From an uncultured Candidatus Rokubacteria bacterium (GTDB taxonomy: Bacteria; Methylomirabilota; Methylomirabilia; Rokubacteriales; CSP1-6): a stretch of 64,000 nucleotides of DNA. The notes under the pieces were generated by a model. The model searched no databases. It was given only the letters and a program-made list of their open reading frames with translations, and was not told the origin of the DNA. The translations under genes were made by a program, and so were the position numbers. Location: assembly GCA_963789955.1 (NCBI GenBank), contig CAWBMV010000022.1:352001-416000 (forward strand). The letters run 5' to 3'. The first letter of the stretch is position 1; every line of letters starts with the position of its first letter. Positions 30,106-40,254 of this stretch are shown here, piece by piece.

Positions 30106-30606
30106 ATGGCGACCGCGCCGAGCATCTACATGGCCAGTCCGCTGGGCTTCTCGGAGGCCGGGCGGCACTTCTACAACTCCGTGCTCGTCCCGTTCGTGAA
30201 GCGCCTGGGCTACGAGGTTCTCGATCCCTGGGCGCTGGGCGATCGGGCCAGGATCGAGGCCGTGCAGCGACTGCCGTACGGTACCGAGAAGCGCGAGGCG
30301 TGGCGAACGTTGAACCGTGAGATCGGGGCCACCAACCGGGCGGCGATCGACCGAGCCCATGGCGTCATCGCGGTGCTCGACGGGGTCGACGTCGACAGCG
30401 GGACCGCGGCCGAGATCGGCTACGCGTTCGCGCGCGGCAAGCTGATCGTCGGCTATCGCGGCGACTTCCGGCTGAGCGCGGACAACGAGGGCTCGACGGT
30501 CAACCTGCAGGTCGAGTTCTTCATCCGCGAGAGCGGCGGTGCTATCGTGAGTCGTTACGAAGATCTCGAAGCGCATCTGCGCCCTTTGCGCGCGACCCCG
30601 CGCTGA
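30106..30606 (+). CDS. Nucleoside 2-deoxyribosyltransferase / nucleotide N-hydrolase family
   Basis: IYMASP, DSGTAAEIGYAFARGK, VNL. Confidence 0.88.
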   Translation: MATAPSIYMASPLGFSEAGRHFYNSVLVPFVKRLGYEVLDPWALGDRARIEAVQRLPYGTEKREAWRTLNREIGATNRAAIDRAHGVIAVLDGVDVDSGTAAEIGYAFARGKLIVGYRGDFRLSADNEGSTVNLQVEFFIRESGGAIVSRYEDLEAHLRPLRATPR

Positions 30607-30619
30607 CAGGAGGCATGGC

Positions 30620-31517
30620 ATGATCGCCGCGATCCGCAGTCACTCCCAGCGCGTGGGGCTGGTCGCGCTCATTCTGATCGTGGCGCTGGGATGTGCCACC
30701 CAACAGCCTCCCGTGTCGGCTCCGGTGGCGGCTCAGGCTCCCGCGCCACCCGCCAGCGATCTCCTCAACGCCGTCCTGTGGATGCAGCGGTCGGTCGAGT
30801 ACAAGGCCAGCGCGCTGACGGCCTTCGCGCTCGCTCGGATCCGGCTCGACCAGGCGCTGGCCGACCAAGGACTGGACGGCGGCGCCCAAGGAGCAGACCG
30901 GCGCCTATCAGGCGCTTCCGCCGGCCATCGTCCTGGACGTCGACGAGTCGATCCTCGACAACTCGGGCTATCAGGCGTGGATGACCCTGAAGGGCACCAC
31001 GTTCGATTCGAAGACGTGGAACGCGTACGTCAACACCGTGACCTCGCAGGCGATCCCGGGCGCCGTCGAATTCGCCCGCTACGCCGACTCGAAGGGGGTC
31101 AAGGTGTTCTACGTGTCCAACCGCACGGCCGACGAGGAGCCGGCGACGCGCAAGAACCTCGAGAAATTCGGGTTCCCGATGGGCGGCAATGTCGACACCA
31201 TGCTCATGACGCGCAAGCAGCCCGACTGGGGCTCCGCCAAGGGGACGCGCCGCGCGTTCATCGCCAAGAGCTATCGCATCCTGATCAACGTCGGGGACAA
31301 CTTCGGCGACTTCGTCGATGACTACCGCGGCGGCGAGGCCGAGCGCCTGAAGGTCATGGAGGACAACAAGGCGCGCTGGGGACGCGAGTGGATCATGATC
31401 GCGAATCCGAGCTACGGCTCGTTCGAGTCGGCGCCGTACCGGCACGACTTCAAGCTGTCCGATGCCGAGAAGCGCACCTTGAAGCGGGGCGTCCTCGACG
31501 CCTGGCCTGGTCCATGA
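30620..31517 (+). CDS. Class C acid phosphatase / 5'-nucleotidase lipoprotein e(P4) family; frameshift near 30870
   Basis: Lipobox ALGC, LDVDESILDNS, YVSNR, GDNFGDF, NPSYG. Confidence 0.9.
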
Positions 31518-32734
31518 GGGAGACTCCCACCGCGATGACGAACGCCAGCCCCACCGCATTGCTGCTCAACGTCGGCCATGCCCTCGATCATCTCTTCCTG
31601 CTCATCTTCGCCACCGCCGTCGCGGCCATCGCGGCGGAGTGGGGAATGATCTGGCAGGACCTGATGCCCTATACGGTCGGCGCGTTCGTCCTGTTCGGTC
31701 TCGGCTCGCTGCCGGCGGGGCGCCTGGGAGATCTGTGGGGCCGGCGCGCGATGATGATCGTGTTCTTTCTCGGTATGGGTCTCTCGGCTCTGGCCATCGC
31801 GACCGTGCCCGGCGTCAAATCGCTGGCCGTCGCGCTGACCGTGATGGGCGCGTTCTCGTCGATCTACCATCCGGTCGGCATTCCCATGCTCGTCCAGAGC
31901 GTGAAGAATCCGGGCTTCACGATCGGCCTCAACGGGCTCGCCGGCAATCTCGGTATCGCCGTGGCCGCCGTACTCACGGGCTTTCTGGTGAAGTACGCCG
32001 GCTGGCGCACCGCGTTCGCCGTTCCGGGGGTCATCGCGCTCGTGTGCGGTGTGCTCTTCGTGCTGGTCGTGCCGCGCGAAGACGTGCCGCCGGCCAAGCG
32101 GCCCCAGAGGATGGTCGACCTGCCGCGCTCGGTGCTGGCGCGTGTGTTGACCGTGATGACCTTGGCCGCGATCTCGGGCAGCCTGATCTTCAACTTCACG
32201 ACGAACGGCAACGGCCAGCTCCTGGCCGAGCGTCTGCACGGCGTGGTCGACGATCCCGCCACGCTCGGCGCGCTGCTCGCCGTCGTCTACACGGTGGCCT
32301 CGTTCGCGCAGCTCATCGTCGGCAAGCTGATCGACCGGGTGCCGCTCAAGTGGGTGTACGTGCCGGTGGCGGCCGGCCAGATTCCGCTGTTCCTCTTCGC
32401 CTCGCAGGTGACCGGCTGGCCGCACTACGTCGCGATGCTCTTCTTCATGGTCTTCGTCTTCGGCGCGATCCCGTTCATCGACGCGATGATCGTGCAGTAC
32501 GTCGACGACCGCATGCGCTCGCGCGTGGCCGGCATCCGGCTGGCCGTCGGGTTCGGCGTCAGCTCGCTGGCCGTCTATCTCCTCGGCCCGACCGTGAAGG
32601 CGGCCGGCTTCACGACCTTGCTGATGGTCCTGGCGATCCTCGCGGCCTGCACCACGCTCTTCGCGTCACTGCTTCCGACCTACGCGCCGAAGCCGACGGT
32701 CGTCGCGGCTCCAACCCCCGAACCAGCAACCTGA
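31514..32734 (+). CDS. MFS transporter
   Basis: GRLGDLWGRR, SIYHPVG, multiple hydrophobic helices. Confidence 0.88.
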   Translation: MRETPTAMTNASPTALLLNVGHALDHLFLLIFATAVAAIAAEWGMIWQDLMPYTVGAFVLFGLGSLPAGRLGDLWGRRAMMIVFFLGMGLSALAIATVPGVKSLAVALTVMGAFSSIYHPVGIPMLVQSVKNPGFTIGLNGLAGNLGIAVAAVLTGFLVKYAGWRTAFAVPGVIALVCGVLFVLVVPREDVPPAKRPQRMVDLPRSVLARVLTVMTLAAISGSLIFNFTTNGNGQLLAERLHGVVDDPATLGALLAVVYTVASFAQLIVGKLIDRVPLKWVYVPVAAGQIPLFLFASQVTGWPHYVAMLFFMVFVFGAIPFIDAMIVQYVDDRMRSRVAGIRLAVGFGVSSLAVYLLGPTVKAAGFTTLLMVLAILAACTTLFASLLPTYAPKPTVVAAPTPEPAT

Positions 32735-32770
32735 GACGAGCCGGCTCACCCGAGCTGCGAGGGCCGCTCC

Positions 32771-33283
32771 ATGAACAAAGTCTGGGCGAAGATCAAGCAC
32801 GAGTTCTTCGAAGTCCTTCCACCGACGATTTTCTTCTTCATCTCGTTCCATATCGTGGTCCTGGATCGGGCGTTGATGGCGAAGGAGTTCGGCGTGCACC
32901 TCTCGTCCGTGGCGGGCGCGACCATCGGGGCGTTGCTCGTCGCGAAGGTGGTGCTTGGTCGCCGACATGCTCCCCGCGATCAATAAATTTCCCGAAAAAC
33001 CGCTCATCTACAACGTGCTGTGGAAGACCGTGATCTACGTCAGCGCCTCGCTGCTGGCCCACTACCTCGAGCATCTCATCCCGCTGTGGTGGCGTCTGGG
33101 CTTTCACGGCCGCCAACGAGCACCTCTGGAGCGAGCTGGTGTGGGCGCATTTCTGGGCGGTCCAGCTCTGGCTCGTGGTGTTGATCTTCATCTACTGTGT
33201 CGATGCGCGAGCTGGTGCGTGTGATCGGGCGCGATCGAGTGCTGAGAATCTTCTTCGGCACTCGCGCCTCGCGAGGAGCCTAG
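32771..33283 (+). CDS. Hypothetical membrane protein, several frameshifts
   Basis: Three ORF pieces join into one protein: KHEFFEVLPPTIFFF...KPLIYNVLWKT...FWAVQLWL...RIFFG. Confidence 0.7.
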
Positions 33284-34446
33284 TTACTCGCGCGCGTAGC
33301 GACGGACGAAGGCTTCGTCGACCGTGATCCCGAGCCCGGGGCGGTCCGGGATCGCCACGTACCCGTCGACCACCGGAAACTTCTCCGCGACCAGCTCGTG
33401 CAGGAGCGGATTGGCGCCCAGCGAGTATTCGAGGATGAACCCGGTCGTCTGACTCGCCGCGAGGGCGACGCCCGCCGCGAAGGCCGGCGCGCCGGACCAG
33501 AGGTGCGGCGCCAGCCGGAGGTTGTACGCGGCGGCGATGGCGCCGATGCGCACGCCCTCGGTGAGACCGCCGGCGATGGCGAGATCGGGCTGCAGGACGT
33601 CGGCCCCGCGCAGCTCGGCGATCTCGCGAAAATCGTGCCGGGTGAATTCGCTCTCACCCGTCGAGATCGGGACGCGGATGAGCGGCTCACCTCGGCGAGA
33701 CCCGTCTTGTCGTCGGCGGTCACCGGCTCCTCGAGCCAGTAGAGATCGCAGTCCTCCACCATGCGGCAGAACGCTTTGGCTTCCGCCACGGTCCAGGTGC
33801 CGTGAGCGTCGGCCATCAGCTTCACGTCGGGCCCGAGCGCCCGACGCGCCGCGCGCACGCGTGCCGCCGAGGCGCGCGGCTCACCGTCCATGACGCCGAC
33901 GCGCATCTTGACCGCGCGGAAGCCGCCCTTGTCCACGTAGCCCTGGAGCTGCTCGCCGATGTGCGCCTCGTCGGCCCAGCCGCCGGACGCATACGCCGGC
34001 ATGCGCTCCGCGCGGCGCCCGCCGAGCAGGCGCCAGACCGGCGCGTCGAGTGATTTGCCGAGCAGATCCCAGAGCGCCAGATCGACGCCGGCGATCGCCG
34101 AGATCGAGAGGCCGCGCCGGCCGAGCTGCGGCAGGACGTGACCGCGGTCGAGCGCGTAGCCCTCGCGCGGGGTGTTGTACATCACGTCCCAGAGGCGGCT
34201 CACGTCGCGCGGATCCTGCCCGACGAGCAGGGGAGCGTAGTCGCGGTTGATGATCGCCGCCAGCCCGTGCGCCGACGACGAGCTCCCGACACCGGCCTTC
34301 GCCTCGCCCCAGCCGACGAGCCCGTCCGCCTCGACCTTGACGATGACGGAGTCGAACGACGCCACGCGGCCGAAGTCGCTGACGTGCTGTCGCTCGTACG
34401 GGATCGGCACGTGCACCCACGTCGCCTGAACGCTGTTGATCTTCAT
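33284..34446 (-). CDS. Mandelate racemase / muconate lactonizing enzyme family; frameshift near 33690
   Basis: KMRVG, DAHGT, WLEEP, LQPDLAIAGG, EYSLGANP. Confidence 0.9.
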
Positions 34447-34563
34447 GGCCCGGCAGCGTAGAGCCTCGCTTCCACCCGCGCAAGGGCCTCGAGCGCGAGA
34501 CTGGCGGCCAGCGCGCGATTCGGCTAAATTCGTGGAGCGACGCACGTTTCCCAGGAGGGAACA

Positions 34564-35439
34564 ATGTCCACGTCCGAGCTCGAATTCGAAACGAAGAGCC
34601 TGATGCCGCCGACGGAGTTCTCGCGGCGCGGCTTTCTGACCACGAGCCTGATCGCCGGGTTCACCCTGGCGACCGGACCCGTCAATGCCCAGAGCGTGAT
34701 CACTACCGACACGGCCGGCCTCACCGCGGGCGAGGTGAAGGTGCCGGTTCCCGACGGCCAGCTGCCCGCGTACCGGGCGATGCCGGCGACGGGCGGGACG
34801 TTCCCGACGGTGCTGGTCGTGCAGGAGATCTTCGGGGTCCACGAGCACATCAAGGACGTGTGCCGGCGCTTCGCGAAGCTGGGGTACTACGCCGTGGCGC
34901 CCGAGCTCTTTGCGCGGGCGACCGACACCTCCAAGCTCACCACGATCGACGAGGGGCGCGCCGCGGCCGCGAAGGTCTCGGACAAGCAGGTCATGAGCGA
35001 TCTCGATGCGACGACCGCGTTCGCGAAGACGGAAAAGGGCGACGTCAATCGCCTGGGCATCACGGGATTCTGCTATGGCGGCCGCGTGGTCTGGCTCTAC
35101 TCCGCGCACAGCCCGGTGCTGAAGGCCGGCGTCGCCTGGTACGGGCGCATCACGGGCCCGACCAACGAGATGCAGCCCAAGAATCCGCTCGATCTGGTCG
35201 ACAGCCTGAAAGCCCCGGTGCTGGGTCTCTACGGCGGGGCGGATCAGGGCATCCCGAATGCCGACGTCGAGAAGATGCAGGCGGCGCTCAAGGCCGCCAG
35301 GAAGTCGTCGGAGATCGTGCTCTACGACGGGGCGCCGCACGGATTCCACGCCGACTATCGTCCGAGCTATCGCGAGACGCCGGCGAAGGACGGCTGGCAG
35401 CGTTTGCGCGCGTGGTTCCAGCAGAACGGAGCCGCCTGA
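34564..35439 (+). CDS. Tat-exported dienelactone hydrolase (YghX-like)
   Basis: [33 protein letters not shown]. Confidence 0.92.
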   Translation: MSTSELEFETKSLMPPTEFSRRGFLTTSLIAGFTLATGPVNAQSVITTDTAGLTAGEVKVPVPDGQLPAYRAMPATGGTFPTVLVVQEIFGVHEHIKDVCRRFAKLGYYAVAPELFARATDTSKLTTIDEGRAAAAKVSDKQVMSDLDATTAFAKTEKGDVNRLGITGFCYGGRVVWLYSAHSPVLKAGVAWYGRITGPTNEMQPKNPLDLVDSLKAPVLGLYGGADQGIPNADVEKMQAALKAARKSSEIVLYDGAPHGFHADYRPSYRETPAKDGWQRLRAWFQQNGAA

Positions 35440-36455
35440 TGCGCTTCGGGCTCTTCGGAAGCGCGCAGGCCAAGCGAGGCGGCCCCGACGTCGATAGCGG
35501 CGCCGGGTTCCGGGAGTTCGTCGAGAACAATGTGAAGGCCGAGGCGCTCGGCTACGTCAGCTCGTTCGTGGTCGAGCATCACTTCACCGGCTTCGGGCAG
35601 ATCTCCGCGACCCTGAATCTCTTGACGTGGGTCGGCGCGCGCACCAGGACATTGCGGCTCGGTACCGCCGTGATCACCTTGCCCTGGCACAACCCCGTGC
35701 TGCTGGCCGAGCAGATCGCCACCATGGATTTGCTCTCCGGCGGCCGGATCGACTTCGGGATCGGCCAGGGGTACCGGCACAACGAGTTCGCGGGCTTCTG
35801 CATCCCGATGGAAGAGGCGGACCAGCGGTTCGACGAGTGCCTCGAGGTCATGCTCAAGGCGTGGACCTCGGATCGGCCCTGGTCTCATCGCGGCAAGTAC
35901 TTCCAGTTCGACAACGTCGTCGTCGAGCCGCCGACGGCGCAGAAGCCGCATCCGCCGCTGTGGATGGGCGCCGGGCGGCCGCAATCGATCAAGAAGGTGG
36001 CCGAGCTCGGCTACAACCTCCTGCTCGATCAGTTCGCGTCGATCGAGCAGATCGGCGAGCGCATCGCGCTCTTCAAGGCGGAAGTCGAAGCGCGCGGCCG
36101 GCGGTTCGATCCGACGCAGGTCGCGGTCACCCGATCGGTCAACGTCGTGAAGACCGCGGCCGAGCGCCAGAAAGCGCTCGAGACCCGCATGGCGGCGCGC
36201 GAGCGCGTCCACAATCTCGCGCAACGCCCCGACGGGCAGAACAACTCGACGATCATGACCTACGCGCACACGCTCGAGGCCGCCGAGGCAGGAGCGCTCT
36301 ACGGCACGCCGGACGAGATCGCCGTGAAGCTGCAGAGGCTGCGCGACCTCGGGGCCGAGTACGTGCTGCTCAACAGCACGGGCGGGTTCGAGACCTTGCG
36401 CCGCTTCGCCGAGGAGGTGCGGCCCGCGTTCGCCGGCGAGCCCTCGCTCCGCTAG
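35439..36455 (+). CDS. LLM-class flavin-dependent oxidoreductase
   Basis: EHHF, LRLGTAV, LLAEQIATMDLLSGGR. Confidence 0.92.
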   Translation: MRFGLFGSAQAKRGGPDVDSGAGFREFVENNVKAEALGYVSSFVVEHHFTGFGQISATLNLLTWVGARTRTLRLGTAVITLPWHNPVLLAEQIATMDLLSGGRIDFGIGQGYRHNEFAGFCIPMEEADQRFDECLEVMLKAWTSDRPWSHRGKYFQFDNVVVEPPTAQKPHPPLWMGAGRPQSIKKVAELGYNLLLDQFASIEQIGERIALFKAEVEARGRRFDPTQVAVTRSVNVVKTAAERQKALETRMAARERVHNLAQRPDGQNNSTIMTYAHTLEAAEAGALYGTPDEIAVKLQRLRDLGAEYVLLNSTGGFETLRRFAEEVRPAFAGEPSLR

Positions 36456-36478
36456 GAATCGGCGAGGACGGTGTGGCC

Positions 36479-37303
36479 ATGGACCGCAGTGACGCGCGCG
36501 CGACGAACGCCTACTGGGGGCGCGACGGTATCGAGCGCACGATCCTCGATGCGCTCGCCGCCGCCGGCAAGAACACCGATACGCTGACCGTCGACGATCT
36601 CGCGCCGGCGGATCAGTTTCACAGCGGCGGCAAGGGCGCGACCGAGCGGCTGGCCCGCATGGCCCAGCTCAAGCCGGGTATGCGAGTCCTCGACGTCGGC
36701 GGCGGGCTGGGCGGGCCCGCGCGGACCCTGGCGACCCAGTACGGCTGTCGGGTCACCGTGGTGGATCTCACGGAATCGTACGTGAGGGCGGCAACGACCT
36801 TGACCGCACGCCTGGGACTCGCCGATCGGGTGACCCATCGCGTCGGCGACGCGCTGGCGCTCGACGTGGACGGTCAGTTCGATGTGGTGTGGACCCAGAA
36901 CAGCGGCATGAACATCCCCGACAAGGAGCGGCTCTACGCCGGCTTCGCGCGGGTGCTCCGTCCGGGCGGATTGCTCGCGCTGCAGGAGCCGATGGCCGGC
37001 CCCGTTCAGCCGGTCCTGTACCCGGTGATGTGGGCCCGCGACGCCGGGGCGAGCTTTCTTCGCGCGCCTGCCGAGATGCGCAAGCTGATCGAGGCGGCAG
37101 GGTTCCAGGTCCGCGCGTGGGACGACGTCACCGCCGAGGCTGTCGGACCGAGCACCGGAGCGGCCAGCCCCGCGCACAGCATCCAGCGGATCGTCATGGG
37201 TGACGCGGTCGACGCGATCGCGCGGTCGGGTCAGAAGAACCGTGAGGAGGGCCGGATCGTCATGATCCAGGCCGTCCTGGAGCGGCGCGCGACTCCCGCT
37301 TAG
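36479..37303 (+). CDS. SAM-dependent methyltransferase
   Basis: DQFHSGG, VLDVGGGLGGPAR, MNIPDK. Confidence 0.88.
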   Translation: MDRSDARATNAYWGRDGIERTILDALAAAGKNTDTLTVDDLAPADQFHSGGKGATERLARMAQLKPGMRVLDVGGGLGGPARTLATQYGCRVTVVDLTESYVRAATTLTARLGLADRVTHRVGDALALDVDGQFDVVWTQNSGMNIPDKERLYAGFARVLRPGGLLALQEPMAGPVQPVLYPVMWARDAGASFLRAPAEMRKLIEAAGFQVRAWDDVTAEAVGPSTGAASPAHSIQRIVMGDAVDAIARSGQKNREEGRIVMIQAVLERRATPA

Positions 37304-39209
37304 GCTCCACCACCTCGAACATCAGGTAGAAGTCGTCGAGCAGAGCGAAGAGCTCGGCGACCTTGTCGGCGTTGCCCTCCACCCGCACCAGACCACGCTC
37401 GACCGCGTCGGCGAACGCGACGTCCCGTAGGACCAGCCGATTCAGCGCCGCCCGCTCGAGCGTTACGGTCGCGTCGGCGCTGTCGCTCCGCCGGTCGGCC
37501 AGATAGGTGAGCGCGGAGTGCTCGAGGTTGGCGACGTAGCTCCGGTCGAGATCGGAGAAGACCCAGTTGACGACGATATGCCGGCCTTCCGCCTTCTCGC
37601 CGTTGATCCGCACGCCGAGGTAGTCGAAGAAGAGGTCCAGGCTCATCGCGCGGACGACGTCGGGGCTCACGGGCGCGCGCGCGACCGCGGCGGGCACGCC
37701 TTGCCGCAGCTCCAGGGCGCCCAGCAGGTAGGCGTTCCGCCACGTCGCCGACTCCGCCGCGTAGCCCATCTGCTCGAGCGCGTCGGCGCCGAGCTGCCGC
37801 GCCTCGGTGTTCGCGGGATCGGCGAAGACGACGTGGCTCATCGCCTCCGCGACGAAGCGGTACTCGCCCCCGGCGAAGTCCTCGCGCGCGCGCCGGATCG
37901 CGGCGTCGGCGCCGCCCATGTACTCGACGTATTTGCGCCCGCGCTCGACCGGCGGGAGCGGATTCAGATTGGCGGGATTCGCGTCGTACCAGCCGATGTA
38001 GCGCTGGTAGACGGACTTCGCATTGTGGCTCAAGGTGCCGTAGTAGCCGCGGACGTGCCACGTCGAGCCGAGACTCCTGGGCAGGGCCAGACGTTCGGCG
38101 ATCTCGGCCGCCTTGTAGCCGTGGTTCATGAGCCGCGCGGTCTGATCGTGCAGGTATTTGTAGAGATCGCGCTGCCGGCCGAGGAAGTCGCGTACGCGCG
38201 CGTTGCCCCACACCGGCCAGTGATGCTGGGCGAACACCACGTCCGCGTCTGGCCCGAATCGATCGAGCGCCTCGTTCAGGTATTTGGCCCACGCATTGGC
38301 GTCGCGCGCCTGGGCGCCGCGAATGGGATAGATGTTATGCAGATTATGGGTGGCGTTCTCGGCGAGGTTCAGCGCCCGCAGCCCGGGATGAAACATGTGC
38401 ATCTCGGCCGGCGCCTCGGTCTCGGGCGTGAGCTGGAATACGATCTCGATCCCGTCGATCCGATGTGTCTCGACCGGGTCCTTGATGATGCGGGTCGGCG
38501 CAATGAGCGTCACGGTGCCGCGCGAAGTCGCCTTGCCCAGACCCGTGTCCACCTGGCCGCGCGGCCCCTTGGGCAACGTCGACCCGAACTGAAACTGGGC
38601 GCGCCGCACCATGGCGGTCCCCGCGAGCACGGTCTCGGAGACCACTTCCTGCATGAACCGGTCGGGCGCCCAGACCTCGACCCGGCCGGCGCTCACGTCA
38701 CGCTCGTCGACGACGCCCCGCACGCCGCCGTAGTGGTCCGTGTGGCTGTGCGAGTAGATGACCGCCACGATCGGGCGCCGTCCGCGATGCTGCGTGTAGA
38801 GCTCGAGTCCCGCGCGGGCGACTTCGGTCGAGATGAGCGGGTCGACGACGATCAGGCCGCGGTCGCCCTCGATCAACGTCATGTTCGAGATGTCGAATCC
38901 GCGGATCTGATAGATCCGGTCCGTCACCTGGAACAGGCCGTGGTTGAGATTGAGCCGGGCCAGCCGCCAGAGGCTCGGATTGACCGTGGGCGGCGCGTGC
39001 TCGTCGGCGAGGAAGCTGTAGTCGCGGAGCGTCCACACGACCCGCCCCTGATCGTTCTTGATCTCGACCTCGGGCAGGGTGGCGACAAAGCCCTGCCGAG
39101 CGTCGTCGAAATCCTGCGTGTCGGCGAACGGCAGCGCGTCGAGCACGGCTCGATTCAGCGCGGCGGTGATCGGTGAGGCGTCCTTCGGACCCGGGACCGG
39201 GGCGGCCAT
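37260..39209 (-). CDS. Alkyl sulfatase (SdsA1/YjcS-like; MBL, dimerisation and SCP2 domains)
   Basis: NPSLWR, YSHSHTDHYGG, QHHWP, RGYYG, WRNAYL. Confidence 0.92.
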   Translation of the reverse strand: MAAPVPGPKDASPITAALNRAVLDALPFADTQDFDDARQGFVATLPEVEIKNDQGRVVWTLRDYSFLADEHAPPTVNPSLWRLARLNLNHGLFQVTDRIYQIRGFDISNMTLIEGDRGLIVVDPLISTEVARAGLELYTQHRGRRPIVAVIYSHSHTDHYGGVRGVVDERDVSAGRVEVWAPDRFMQEVVSETVLAGTAMVRRAQFQFGSTLPKGPRGQVDTGLGKATSRGTVTLIAPTRIIKDPVETHRIDGIEIVFQLTPETEAPAEMHMFHPGLRALNLAENATHNLHNIYPIRGAQARDANAWAKYLNEALDRFGPDADVVFAQHHWPVWGNARVRDFLGRQRDLYKYLHDQTARLMNHGYKAAEIAERLALPRSLGSTWHVRGYYGTLSHNAKSVYQRYIGWYDANPANLNPLPPVERGRKYVEYMGGADAAIRRAREDFAGGEYRFVAEAMSHVVFADPANTEARQLGADALEQMGYAAESATWRNAYLLGALELRQGVPAAVARAPVSPDVVRAMSLDLFFDYLGVRINGEKAEGRHIVVNWVFSDLDRSYVANLEHSALTYLADRRSDSADATVTLERAALNRLVLRDVAFADAVERGLVRVEGNADKVAELFALLDDFYLMFEVVEPKRESRAAPGRPGS

Positions 39210-39336
39210 CGACGTGGTGCGCGCCGCAGGTCGTCGCGGGGCTGGGGCCCCGCCGGCCGAGGTGCGCGTATCCGATATGGTATCGCAGCGCACGACGACA
39301 CGTCGATCTGGCAGAATCTAGCCGGGGAGGACCGGC

Positions 39337-39702
39337 ATGCCCGACGCCGAGACCAAGGCCACGCTCGACGCTATCCATCGGTTCAACGAGGCGTTCAATC
39401 GCCACGACGTGGACGGCGTGATGGCCATGATGACGGCCGACTGCGTGTTCGAGAACACCCAGCCGCCGCCGGACGGCGAGCGGTTCGTGGGCGCCGTCGC
39501 GGTGCGGGCGTTCTGGAAGCGCTTCTTCGAATCGACGCCGGGCGCCCGCTTCGAGACCGAAGAAATCGTCGCGACCGGCGACCGCGCCCTGGTGCGCTGG
39601 GTGTTTCACTGGGACAACCTTGGCGGTCACGTGCGCGGCGTCGATGTCATGCGCGTGCGCGGCGGCAAGGTGGCCGAGAAGCTCGCCTACGTGAAGGGCT
39701 GA
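39337..39702 (+). CDS. SnoaL-like / NTF2-family protein
   Basis: FNEAFNRHDVD, RGVDVMRVRGGKVAEKLAYVKG. Confidence 0.85.
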   Translation: MPDAETKATLDAIHRFNEAFNRHDVDGVMAMMTADCVFENTQPPPDGERFVGAVAVRAFWKRFFESTPGARFETEEIVATGDRALVRWVFHWDNLGGHVRGVDVMRVRGGKVAEKLAYVKG

Positions 39703-39746
39703 GGGCGGCCTGACGAGCGTGCTCTAATACGTCTACAGGAGAGGCT

Positions 39747-40205
39747 ATGACTTACAAGAAGCCGAGCGACGCCGAGGTGAAAGCGAAGCTGACGCCGGCG
39801 CAGTACGAGGTCACGCAGTGCAGCGCGACCGAGCCGCCGTTCCGCAACGAGTTCTGGAACCACCACGAGCCGGGAATCTACGTCGACGTCGTGTCCGGCG
39901 AGGCCTTGTTCGCGTCGACCGACAAGTTCGACTCGGGCACGGGCTGGCCGAGCTTCGTGCGCCCGATCGAGGACGCGAACGTGACGGAGCACACCGACGA
40001 CTCGCACGGGATGCGCCGGGTCGAGGTGCGCTCGGCGGCGGGCGACTCGCACCTGGGCCATCTGTTCGACGACGGACCGGGGCCGACCGGACTCCGCTAC
40101 TGCATCAACTCGGCTTCCCTCCGGTTCATTCCGGTGGCGAAGCTCGAACAGGAAGGCTACGGCAAGTACAAAGCGCTCTTCGAGAAGGTGAAACCCGCTC
40201 GATAA
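39747..40205 (+). CDS. msrB: Methionine-R-sulfoxide reductase (zinc-free type)
   Basis: [30 protein letters not shown]; both CxxC zinc motifs absent. Confidence 0.96.
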   Translation: MTYKKPSDAEVKAKLTPAQYEVTQCSATEPPFRNEFWNHHEPGIYVDVVSGEALFASTDKFDSGTGWPSFVRPIEDANVTEHTDDSHGMRRVEVRSAAGDSHLGHLFDDGPGPTGLRYCINSASLRFIPVAKLEQEGYGKYKALFEKVKPAR

Positions 40206-40254
40206 GCCTGCCGCGGCGGCGGTGGGGCCAGGCGCCCCACCGCCGCGTCATCGA

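Noticed and set aside
37260..37303. 44-bp convergent overlap of the sulfatase and methyltransferase 3' ends
   Set aside because: Ordinary tail-to-tail overlap, or a one-base error near the stop
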